From Eledone cirrhosa (Eukaryota), in contig OZ024742.1 in NCBI GenBank assembly GCA_964016885.1, positions 5,022,001-5,086,000 on the forward strand: a DNA stretch of 64,000 nt. Direction: 5' to 3'. The translations under genes and the position numbers were made by a program. Each line of letters opens with the position of its first letter. The first letter of the stretch is position 1. Of the stretch, positions 41,575-52,812 are shown in pieces. A model generated the notes under the pieces. The model searched no databases, had not been told where the DNA came from, and saw only the letters and a list, made by a program, of their open reading frames with translations.

Positions 41575-43687
41575 CATAGGCAACTTCCGGCCCATAACTC
41601 TGCTCAACACAGAGTTACAGATTTTGGCCAAGGTGTTGGCAAAGAGGCTGGTGCTTGTCGTCGAAAACCTGGTGAGAGAAGCGCAGACATGCGCAATCCC
41701 GACCAGGTCCATACACGACAACCTCCACCTCATGCGATACATCATAGAGAGGGTAGGGTGTAAACCCGGCTTCGGTGGGGCCCTGATCAACTTGGATCAG
41801 TCTAAGGCTTTCGATAGGGTTGACCATCGTAACATGGATGCGGTGCTCGAGGCGGCAGGATTCGGACCCGTGTTCAGGGGCTGGATTGCTGCAATGCACA
41901 GCAGCAACATCTGCTCAAGGGTCAAGGTGAACGGCTACCTCTCGGAGCCGTTCCATATCACGCGATCCATCCGACAGGGATGCTCTCACTCCTCCCTTCT
42001 GTACGTACTGACTCTCAAGCCTCTACTGCGGAAGTTGGAGCTATTGCAGGGCATCCCTTTGGAACCGGGACTGCGAAAAGCGGCGTCGGCCTAGGTTGAC
42101 GACGTGACTGTAATGGTGTCGAGCACCTCGCAAATCGGGGAGATCGGCACCTTACTGGAAGAATACGAAAGGTTCACAGGAGCGAAGCTGAACCGGGACA
42201 AATCCGTCGGTTTGCAAAAACTAACGTGGAGAGGTAAACCGATGCCTTCCGATGGCGTCGTCGGACGCTGGACGGAAGAACCGGTAAAGCTGTTCGGGGT
42301 CTGGTTTGGTCCGGACCTCCAGGTGGAGAAGAACTGGAACGAGGTGACGGCCAAGGTGTTTGCGCTCACCCAGAAGTCGGCCGAGTGCAAACTATCCTTG
42401 AAAGGTCGAGCGGAGGTGGCGAACGCTTTTAGAGCGTCCGTCATCTACTACCGCTTGACCGTCGTGCCTTGTCAGCCAAAACGCTCACCAAAATGGAGCG
42501 CGCGCTCTTCCGATTCCTTTGGAAGAAACGAGCTCCTTTGGTGAGAAGATCCATCTGCTGCCAGCACCCTTCAAGCGGAGGGCTGGGGATGCCGTGGCTG
42601 ACGATGTGCAAACACGCGCTCAGGCTACGGTACCTCCACGTATTACTCACCAGACAACCGGTGTGGGCCCCGTTCGTCAGGTGAGCCTTCCCACGACTCG
42701 TCTCGCTGACAGAGCTGCAGTCCTGGGTCCAGCAAAGACCGAGGAAAATGGGCGACTGGCACATCGAATGTGCTCAGGCTCTCACAGTCCTCTGACAAAC
42801 GGACCCGGCGATCAGTGGAGACTTCACTTCGACATTCTATAGAGGGTTGGTCCGCAGCAAGTGCGACGACTCGCTCTAAGAAACTCTGGGCGTAGAGGAC
42901 GAACTGGCCAGTCTGTTCGGTAGGACCTTCCGCCCGGGACCAATGAACAATTTCCAAAAGTCCCTGGCCTGGCAGTGCTACCGAGGAGCTCTACCAGTTC
43001 GAGACACGACGCCCGGGTAGGGACCCTTCACAAAAGATCTGTCCGAGATGCGGGCGCGACGAAAAAACCGTCGCGCACGCATTTGTACACTGCTCGGGCG
43101 TTACCGACCTGTGGGGCTATGTAGAACGACTATTGTCGCGGGTGGAACCAATCCAGTTGACCACCGAGTCCATTGTCATGATCAAACCGCCACCCTCCTT
43201 CAAAAACGAGGGAGAGGCGGTTTTGCTATGTGTTATAGCTATGGTGAAAGAGGTTATATGGTGGACGAGGTTAAAAGTGCTGAGGTCAGACACCTTTCTC
43301 TTCGGCGAGCAACTGATTCGTTTTTTCAAATATCATTTTGGAAGAAGAATCAGGATGGAGAGAGAGGTGCTGTACCCCAGCAAGTTTTATAAAAGCTGGG
43401 TGAATGTGGCAAAGATGGCTCGAGTGGTTGGGCCTTCTTTCTATATAAGCCTGTAGGTTGAGGAAAAAGAGGAAGAGAGGAAGGGAGTACTCACTCTTGG
43501 TGCTCCTGGAGATGAGGGTTGTACATTTTTTCGGGGTGTGTATAACCCCTGTGTAACGCCTCCCCCTATTGGGGATATCAATTGTTATTTGTTATTTTAT
43601 TAATAGTTTTATTTTCATATACCTGTATGTAAACTCCCCGTTTGTATTTTTCCCCTTCTTTTGTGCCCTTTTGGCTAATAAAGAAAT
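41575..43687 (+). mobile_element. 5'-truncated, degenerate Tx1-clade copy ending in (TATC)n
   Basis: Colinear with ORF2 of 3024-6926 from NFRPITLLN onward; several stops and frameshifts; taggcaacttccggc duplicated at the 5' junction. Confidence 0.92.
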
Positions 43688-43705
43688 TTATCTATCTATT
43701 CTATA

Positions 43706-43744
<39 letters not shown>

Positions 43745-45182
43745 TTATCTATCTATCTATCCATCTATCTTTCTGTCTATCTGTCTATCTATTCACAACT
43801 ATTGCAAAAGTTTTGTTATCAAAGTATTATATCTATCGAAAAGAAAATTTCAAAACTTGACACTGAATAATTTGAACAAATTGAAAAAAATATCTAGCTG
43901 GGCCCTCTTTGCTAGAAAATTTCCCAATGTCATTAAGATAGTTTAAATTGCCTAATTAGTGAATGATGGTTTGAGGGGAGGAGAACATCGATTAAATAGA
44001 CGCCAGTGCCTTACTGATGCTTTATTTTATTGACCCCGAAAAGCAAAGATATCCTTGGCGGGATTTGAACTGAGAACGTAAAAGGCTCTAATGACACTGC
44101 CTATCCACCGCCTTTAATGAGTGAATAATTATCCCAGAAATCACTCTAAATTTTCTCAAAATCATTCTAAAACTCTTCAAAAACCATTTCCCTCCTTCAG
44201 TCCAAGATTCCTCAATTCCGCCCAGATTTTTTAAAATTTTATTTCTAAATTTTACATTTTTTATTTATTTTACAATGCTTTTTATACAAAAACAAAACAA
44301 ACTATTAAAGGGATTAAAAAAGGAAATGAAAAGAAAGTAAAGAAAAAAGGATCAAACAACGAAAGCAAGGGAAGGGGGAGGGACAGACACTAGACCCCAG
44401 TATGAGCTGTGTTTCAGATGCGCCCTACGGACAAAATGATATAGACATTACAGAGGGAAATGGCCAAAGGCACACGCTGCAACAGACACCCCACCTCACA
44501 GGGTTCCCTCTTTAGCCGTCTGTCATCTGGGCTAAAATTCCTCCCCTATGATTTGAAATTCCTTCCCTGAGAGCTAGACTATACTTCGGCTCACTCGCTT
44601 TCTTTTCCACTCTCTCTCTATATATATCTATCTATCTCTCTTTCTCTCGCTTCCTCTCTCTTCCTCTCTCTCTTCCTCTCTCTTCCTCTCTCTTCCTCTC
44701 GCTTTCACTCTCTGCCTTTCCCCCTTCTCTTCTCTCTCTGCCTCTACCACTCTCTCACTCATTTTCTCTCTCTGCCTCTCCTACTTCTCTTCTCTCTCTT
44801 TCTCCCTCACTTGCTACCCCTATTCCTATCTATCTAAATCGGCTAAATTGAGCAGAAAAAGGGACCATAGTCCCCACTCCTACCCCTCATTCTACCCCAA
44901 AAAAGGAAGGTTTAAGTAAATTCTTCTTTAGATAAGAAAAAAGATGATATACTGCTAAACTTACCTTTTGAGGGGGTTTTATCGGGTACACCTGCAAAGT
45001 ACAAAACCGAAAATATATATATGTATGTGTGTGTGCGTGTATGTGTGTGTGTGTGCGTGTGCGTGTGCGTGTGTACCTATATATAGACGTATATATATAT
45101 ATATACGTCATATATATATATGCACATAAATAAATACACGTACGAGTATATATATATACATATATATATGAATATATATATG

Positions 45183-45214
<32 letters not shown>

Positions 45215-45226
45215 TGTATGTATGTA

Positions 45227-45312
<86 letters not shown>

Positions 45313-45481
45313 AAAATAGAGAAATTAATGTAAGCAAAATGCTTATATATATATGAATGTATGTATAGTATATTTGCCAATATACTGTATGTTTAATTAA
45401 AAACATTTAGAAGACCTTACGCTATCAGTTTTAAAGTAGTGACTATGTCACTTACTTCTTTTCAGGGAAAGAAGGGAGAGA

Positions 45482-45523
45482 AGCTGACAGTTTGTTTCAC
45501 GCTGGTTGGCGTTCATCAGAGCC
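45482..45523 (-). ncRNA. Type I hammerhead ribozyme motif, canonical core, GUC cleavage triplet
   Basis: Reverse strand: ggct-CTGATGA-acgc caacca gcgt-GAAA-caaact-GTC-agct. Confidence 0.85.
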
Positions 45524-45797
45524 ACGTACTCCACTGCTTTCGTCGAAAATTATAGAAGCTGGATTCTTATAGATTTCCAGTAATAATCAGGAGCTGATTA
45601 TACAGAGCGATTGCCGGTCCAGCAAAAATTAGGTATTAGGATTGGTGCTCTGAAATAGCGATGTATACATGAATGTATGTATTGTATATTTGGCAATATA
45701 CCGTATTTTTAATTAAAAACATTTAGAAGACCATACGCTATCAGTTTTAAAGTACTGACTATGTCACTTACTTCTTTTCGGTGAAAGAAGGGCGAGA

Positions 45798-45839
45798 AGC
45801 TGACAGTCTGTTTCACACTGGTTAGCGTTCATTAGAGTC
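45798..45839 (-). ncRNA. Second tandem hammerhead copy with a G5A core change
   Basis: Reverse strand: gact-CTAATGA-acgc taacca gtgt-GAAA-cagact-GTC-agct; offset 316 nt from the first copy. Confidence 0.7.
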
Positions 45840-45888
45840 ATTTTCCCTAGTAAAACTAAAACAAGTACGACTGACGTGGCACGCAAAA

Positions 45889-46392
45889 TTAAGTGACGTA
45901 GTAGTACTCACTTTCTTTAGGAATATATGCCGATGAGCACATTTTATCCCAATGCACGCAAAACTTTTTATCATATAACGGCGGCGATGTGACGGTTTTT
46001 CTTTTACCTTCTACCCATATTCTTGTCTGAAGTCCATTTCCACATTTTGTGGAACATTTTGTCCATTCAGTCCAGTGACCTCTGCAGTCATGATCTAAAC
46101 AATCAGCAAGGTTCCTATCTTTCTTTTCTTTCTTATCCTGAATTGCATCGTCAAAGGCCAGACTTGGTTCTACATGTTTCGATTTGATGTAACATGCAAC
46201 ATGATAATTAATACATTTCTTCATTTTGTACCAGTTCGTTTTTTTCGCTGAACAGTTTAACGCACGAATTTTCATGCCCGTTCCACAGGACGATGAACAG
46301 GCGCTCCATTCTGAGACATACGAACAGCCAGGAAATACAGCCTCTGTTATATAATGTATACCTAACAATCGAAATAAAGATAATAGATACAT
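45889..46392 (-). CDS. Protein segment with two thrombospondin type-1 repeats: either a 167-aa single-exon secreted protein or a 432-nt phase 1-1 exon (45912-46343)
   Basis: SEWSACSSSCGTGMKIRALNC and WTEWTKCSTKCGNGLQTRIW match the WxxCSxxCGxGxxxR TSP1 signature. The N-terminus MYLLSLFRLLGIHYITEA is signal-like. There is also a CAG acceptor at 46344-46346 and a GTGAGT donor at 45906-45911. Confidence 0.8.
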   Translation of the reverse strand: MYLLSLFRLLGIHYITEAVFPGCSYVSEWSACSSSCGTGMKIRALNCSAKKTNWYKMKKCINYHVACYIKSKHVEPSLAFDDAIQDKKEKKDRNLADCLDHDCRGHWTEWTKCSTKCGNGLQTRIWVEGKRKTVTSPPLYDKKFCVHWDKMCSSAYIPKESEYYYVT

Positions 46393-46662
46393 ATGAAATA
46401 TACAAAAACAAATGAATATATGAATATGTATATAAATAGAAATATGTATAAAAAGGATTGCATATATAAGTATAAATGTATAAAAAAAAATAAATAAAGT
46501 AAATAGATAAATATGGAAAATACAAAAATAATGATCTATTTTTAAAAAGGTTTGGCGGATATGTATTTATTGAAAATTTCAGTTAGAAACTAATTTTCTA
46601 ATAAAAACACTCACTCTATTAAACTTGCACTTTGAGAGAAAGATAAACGGAATAAGATCAAA

Positions 46663-46795
46663 AAGTCACAGAATGTGTGACGAAAGAGCTTTGACAAAAT
46701 AATCAATGACTAATAATAAATCAGTAAAAGTCACACAAGGCCGTGTGTTTTCATTGGCTAAATTAGCAAAATGACCATCCCAAACGTAACAATAT
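46663..46795 (+). mobile_element. Naiad-like PLE 3' terminus fragment (HHR 3' half and tail)
   Basis: gtcacagaatgtgtgacgaaagagctttgac and cgtgtgttt...attggc...atgac..tcccaaa..taacaatat match 52387-52417 and 52527-52573. Confidence 0.65.
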
Positions 46796-46914
46796 ATAAA
46801 TATAAATATAAGAATATATGTGTGTGTGTTTTCGTGCCTGTGTGTATGTGTGTGCGCATGTGCGCGTGCATGTGTGTGTGTGTGTGTACATACATGAATA
46901 CATGTATAAATATA

Positions 46915-47130
46915 TTGATTCTACTTTTGGCACAAGGCCAACAACGTGGGAAAAGAAAGGTCGATTAAACTGACGCCAGTGCATTACTGGTATATTATTT
47001 TATCGACTCCGTAAGGGTGAAACGAGAAGCTAACCTCGGCGGGATTTGAACGCAAAACGTAAAGGGGAGTAACAATATGCCGCAAAACATTTTGTCCGAC
47101 ACTCTGCCAATTCTGAAAATCCACCGCCCT
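46915..47130 (-). mobile_element. Nin-type SINE
   Basis: Reverse-strand match to the family consensus from tail to head. Confidence 0.75.
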
Positions 47131-47142
47131 TACATGTATATA

Positions 47143-48043
47143 CGAGGTGTGTCAGAAAAGTTCCAGGACTGATGTCACAAAAGATTTATTTCAAACCCAA
47201 ACTTCACACTAAGAGTTTTCTCCTTCAAAGTAATCCCCTGGAGTATGTAACTGTAATCTTAGCTCTCTACAGCGATCAAACTTTTTTCTTCATAATTTTA
47301 TATACATGTCCTCTGTTTCAGGTCGTCAAGCAATGAGCACAGAGCAACGAACAAACTTGAAGTTTCTGGTACGGTTGGGGAAAACCCCGCTGCAGCAAGT
47401 GTATGGAGATGAGACGATGTCACGCTCACGTGTTTTTTGAGTGGTGCAAGAAGTTTAAAGGAGGACGCGAGGACGTGGAAGATGACCCCAGGAGCGGAAG
47501 GCCCTCACGACCAGGACTGAGATCAACGTTGAGCGCGTCAGGCAGATGGTGCGTAACGATCGTCGGCTGACTGTTCGACTGATGGCAAATGAGCTGGGCA
47601 TGAATGAATCGGGACAGCGTCTGGAAGATTCTCACTGAAGATTTGGACATGCGGAAAGTCTGCGCGAAGATGGTGCCAAAACTGCTGAACGATAACCAGA
47701 AGGGCCGACGTATGCAAGTGTGCCAGGACATCCTCGAGCGTCTTGAAACCGAACCAGACTTGCTAGGGACAGTCATTACCGGTGATGAGTCATGGATCTT
47801 CGAGTACGACCCGGAGGGGATCCGTTTTGAAGACGTGGACGACATCAAAAAGGCCTTGATGACTGAACTGCGGAGAATCCCGGAAGAATCCTTCCAGGAG
47901 TGCATGCAAGCGTGGCAGAAAAGGATGGAAAAGTGCATTAGACTCCAAGGGGTTACTTTGTAGGAGAAAACTCTTAGTGTGAAGTTTGGGTTTGAAATAA
48001 ATCTTTTGTGACATCAGTCCTGGAACTTTTCTGACACACCTCG
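47143..48043 (+). mobile_element. Internally deleted mariner with ~100-bp inverted termini
   Basis: TA|cgaggtgtgtcagaaaagttcc... at both ends. Transposase carries KMVPKLL and ITGDESWIFEYDPE, fused directly to GIRFEDVDDIK. Confidence 0.9.
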
Positions 48044-48171
48044 TATATATTCTTTACGCTAGATTTTTATTACTAGTTATTTGTTAATTCATCACACATT
48101 CTGTGACCTCCTCAATAGCAATCTGTTCTCTTTTGTGCCTCCCTTTTTAATCTGTTACTTCATCTTTTCTC

Positions 48172-48211
<40 letters not shown>

Positions 48212-49587
48212 CACACTGAAAGTGTGGTTGGTGTTAGGAAGGGCATCGAGCTGTAAAAAGAAAACTGCCAGAGACACTTCCGTACGAGTGAGACACGGTC
48301 TCTCGACCATTCCCCCATCAAATGGAACAAAACCGTCTAACCCATGCTAGCGTGGAAGATGGACGTTAAACGATGATGATGATGATGATTATATATATAA
48401 ATATATATATGCAGGGTATGCAGGGGAAAATTCTCAATCAAGAGACCGTATTTAGTTTATATCAAAGTTCATGCACCTAACATGTCTGCGTGACCTTAGG
48501 TTTCAGGGTCCAGTTTTGACTACCACTCTTTAGCCAAAATGGGACCACAAAACCTAAGGTCACGCATACATGTTAGTGCATGAACTTTGATATAAACTAT
48601 CTCTCTCTATATAAAATTTTTTGTCTCTCAGTCTGTCTGTTCCCATACATTTTCAAATGGCTGGACCAAATCAATTCAAATTTTACAAGGTAATAGTATT
48701 AGACCCCAGGAGTATCAACATGTAATTTTTATTTTCGTTTGGATTAAAAAAATATATTTTATCTAAAATAACATTTCTATAGTGAACTACTAGCATAATG
48801 GTCCGGCGTTGCTCGAGATTTGCTCTAGGGTTCTTATATATTTGATATATATTTATCCTTATCGAGCCTTGTGAAATAAATACGTTTGTTTATATTTTGT
48901 TATTGTGTATGCAAAAATATCTGTACACGAATGTATAATTATATATATATATATATATATAACAGTACAGAGAAGTACGTAATACCTCGGCCTCGGTATG
49001 GTGTCTACATTTTGTGCTTATAAAAAAAATTCGTCATAGATTACCAGGGTTTTTTTTCGTGCGAAGAAAATCAATACTTTATCGCTAAATAAATACTTTT
49101 GTTTATATTTTGTTATTGTGTATGCAAAAATGATATATATTTATCCTTATCGAGCCTCGTGAAATAAATACGTTTGTTTATATTTTGTTATTGTGTATGC
49201 AAAAATATCTGTACACGAATATATAATTACACAGATATATATATATATATATATATATATAACGAAGGAGTTGTGGTAAGGAACCAGATGGACCATAACG
49301 CACTAATGAGTACTCAATACTTAGGGTAGTAGAGTGGGTAATAGGAAAAAGTATGACCCCGACGTCCAGAAATAGCCGTCGAAACGGCTTGAGCCCTGCC
49401 GTCGGGGTCATACTTTTTTTTATATATATATATATTGTTATACTTTGGGAGGGTCATGTTGCCAATAAGAAACACACGCACCAGTTGCTTTCACTCCAAT
49501 TTATTATAAATTAAATTATAAATATAAACATTTATGAATTTCCGGTTGGTTGGTTGGTTCCACAACCGGACGGTTGTTCATATATTG

Positions 49588-49630
49588 TATAAAGTTCTTT
49601 CGTCACACATTCTGTGACCTCTTCAGTGAC
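49588..49630 (-). ncRNA. Hammerhead motif in the inverted pseudo-LTR
   Basis: Reverse strand: gtca-CTGAAGA-ggtcaca gaatg tgtgac-GAAA-gaactt; helix I 3' strand is degenerate. Confidence 0.6.
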
Positions 49631-51221
49631 TGGGGATTCTTTTCTTTGTTTTGTGCCTCTCCTTTGTTCTGTCCTACGCCATCTTGTTTTTGTGTGTGTT
49701 GTGTGCTTAGTTTGCGCATGTGTTACATCCGGGTGTCTGTGTGTGATTGATTTGTTTATTTATTTGTTTATTTATAATGTTACTAGTTGGTTGTTTGTTC
49801 TATGTGTGTGTGTTTTCATTCTGTCCTTAATTGTAAGTTGTGATGTTGCTATTCCATTCATGTTTTCTATTTAATTTTGGTTGGACTTCATTTATGTTTA
49901 TTGCCTCTGTGATTTGTTTAAACATTGCGTCTTTTCTGTGTGTAGATTTTATTTTTATTTCTATGTTCTCTAATTTGCCCTTATGTTCTATTTTAGCATG
50001 TTGGTGGAGTACTGATGATTTTTTTCTATCTTGAAGCTCTCGCCAGTGTTCATTTAATCGTTCCCCTATCCTACGAGCTGTCTCACCTATGGACGCTATA
50101 TTCTTATATTTACACTGTCCTTCAGTACATCTTATGCTATATACTATGTTTCTAGTTTTGCAGTTAATATGGGGTCTTAGTTTACAAATTATGCATTTCT
50201 TATCTATACAGGTAGGTCTTTGAAAAGGGTATGTATTACTAATAAGTGTTTTTATGGAGGTACCTGGTCTTTCTACTATCTTAATATTAAGTTTAAGTTT
50301 ATCTATGCTGAATTCCGTGGGATTGATACCAGTCATCTGGGACTCCTACTTAAACTTACTTATAGTAATGATTATCTAGATACGTATGACCTTGGCAACA
50401 TCTGCCCCACAAGGCCAGCAAGAGGCAGTTCACCTACCATTACCTCAATGGCCAAGAAAACCCACACAGAAAGGTGGAACGGGTGGACCAAAGCCATACG
50501 GACCCCCGAAAACCATGATGAACTAAAGAAAATGATTGCACATGCGGTGGGGGCCAGTATAAAACTAACCCTTAAGCAACATATGTTCAAATTTAATGGA
50601 AAAACATATGCCCAAGAGGAGGGAGCAGCCATTGATGTTAGCATTGCAGGTGACATAGCTAACCTATTCATGGTATGGTGGGACAAGAAACTTAAAGAAC
50701 AATTAAAAGACAGCAACCTCTTAACCCTGATAATGTACTCTCGCTACGTTGATGATATAAACATCGTAGTAAAAACACCCCCACTAGAGAACAGTCAGGA
50801 ATTAGAGAAAAACACCATGGAAAGCATCCAACAAATAGCTAACTCCATCCACCAGAGTATTAGCGTTACTATAGACTACCCAAGCAAACACCCCAACCAT
50901 CGATTACCTGTACTAGACACAGAGCTCTGGTTAGAAACCATTAATAACAAAAAACAAATCCTCCATTCCCATTATGCCAAACCCATGACTTCCAAATATC
51001 TGATCCACCGAAACTCAGCTGTTTCGGATCACACCAAAATCAACATACTGATTGCGGATTTAGTACGGGTGATGAGAAACGTGTCCCGCATGTGTAACCC
51101 CAAAGAACTAGAGAGACACATACAACACGTCATCCACCGTATGCAGTTCTCTGGTTACAATCAGAGAGATAAAATCAGAGTATATAGAGGAGCCAGAACC
51201 AAATGGGGAAAAAATGGTAAA

Positions 51222-51528
51222 TAATTGTTTCTACGTTAGGCACAAGGCCAGCAATTACCCAGTGCATTACTGGTACTTTATTTTATCGACCCCGTAAGGA
51301 TGAAAGGCAAAGTCAACCTCGGCGGGATTTGAACTCAGATCGTAAAGGGAGGTAACTATGCTGGAAAGCATGGCGTCCGACCCTCTACCGATACTGCTAA
51401 TCCACCACCGAAAAAATGGTAAATAATTGTTTCTACTATTGGCACAAGGCCAGAAATTACCCAGTACATTACTGGTACTTTATTTTATCGACCCCGTAAG
51501 GATGAAAGGCAAAGTTAACCTCGGCGGG
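51222..51528 (-). mobile_element. Two Nin-type SINEs (one full, one 5'-truncated) at the same site inside the PLE ORF
   Basis: gaaaaaatggtaaataat occurs three times (about 51208, 51410, 51528), bracketing both copies. Confidence 0.9.
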
Positions 51529-52374
51529 AAAAAATGGTAAATAATGATACAAATGCAGAGGAGCACATTTTTGAATAGAATAGAAAGAACTAGGAATAAG
51601 GTTAATAGAATATACTCATGGTATGAGAGCAATAAATACCAGAGTGTAATGTTCATCAATACAACCCGTAGAGGTGAACTAGCTTACAAATTTAGAAGGG
51701 CCCTAGATAAACTTAAACTAAATATTTAGTAGAAAGACCAGGTACCTCCATAAAAACATTTATTAGTAATAAATAGCCTTTTCAAAGACCTCCCTGTATA
51801 GATAAGAAATGCATAATCTGTAAACTAAGACCCCATATTAACTGCAAAACTAGAAACATAGTATATAGCATAAGATGTACTGAATGACAATGTAAAGATA
51901 AGAATATAGTGTACATAGGTGAGACAGCTCGTAGTATAGGGGAACGATTAAATGAACACTGGCTAGAGCTTCAAGATAGAAAAGAATCATCTGTACTTCA
52001 CCAACATGCTAAAATAGAACATAAGGGCAAATTAGAGAACATAGAAATAAAAATAAAATCTACACACATAAAAGACGCAATATTTAGACAAATCACAGAG
52101 GCAATAAACATAAATTAACTCCAACCAAAATTAAATAGAAAACATGAATAGAATAGCAACATCACAACTTACAATTAAGGACAAAATGAAAACACACACA
52201 CATAGAACAAACAACCAACTAGTAATATGTAAATAAACAAATAAAGAAACAAATAAAAACACACACAGACACCCAGATGTAACACATGCGCAAACTAAGC
52301 ACACAACACACACAAAAACAAGATGGCATATGACAGAACAAAGGAGAGGCACAAAACAAAGAAAGGAATCTCCA

Positions 52375-52417
52375 GTCACTGAAGACGTCACAGAATGTGT
52401 GACGAAAGAACTTTGAC
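52375..52417 (+). ncRNA. Hammerhead motif in the 3' pseudo-LTR
   Basis: gtca-CTGAAGA-cgtcaca gaatg tgtgac-GAAA-gaactt-tgac. Confidence 0.65.
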
Positions 52418-52625
52418 AATATATGAACAACCATCCGGTTGTGGAACAAACCAACCAACTGGAAATTTATAAATTTTTTTAATTTATAATTTAATTTATA
52501 ATAAATTGGAGTGAAAGCAACTGGTGCGTGTGTTTCTTATTGGCAACATGACTCTCCCAAAGTATAACAATATCGGTTTCAACACACGTTTTCAGATAAT
52601 GAATCTTGCTAAACAAATTCAGAAA

Positions 52626-52681
<56 letters not shown>

Positions 52682-52812
52682 CTATTTATAGTTATGTATA
52701 TAGTATAAACAACTATAGACAGGAAGGTCAGTAATTTCTTAATTACCTTATTACCAGTAAGAGAAATAGCTCAATGTATGAACATCAGTTGATTTACAGA
52801 GCAGGAAAATAA

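Larger units (their letters stand above)
49435..52628 (+). mobile_element. Naiad-like Penelope-like retroelement (RT and GIY-YIG), 5'-truncated, with an inverted pseudo-LTR
   Basis: RT 50305-51224: CPTR..RG..PTIT insert, EEGAAID.SIAGDIANLFMVWWD, YSRYVDD, LPVLD. Cys-rich linker and NIVY...YIGET...RLNEH...HQH...H endonuclease. 49435-50305 is the reverse complement of 51703-52573. Confidence 0.88.

Noticed and set aside
51880-51892. In-frame TGA in the Naiad-like endonuclease as possible selenocysteine (reported for some Naiads)
   Set aside because: The inverted copy has GGA (Gly) at this codon and the neighbouring Cys codons are normal, so it is a nonsense mutation.
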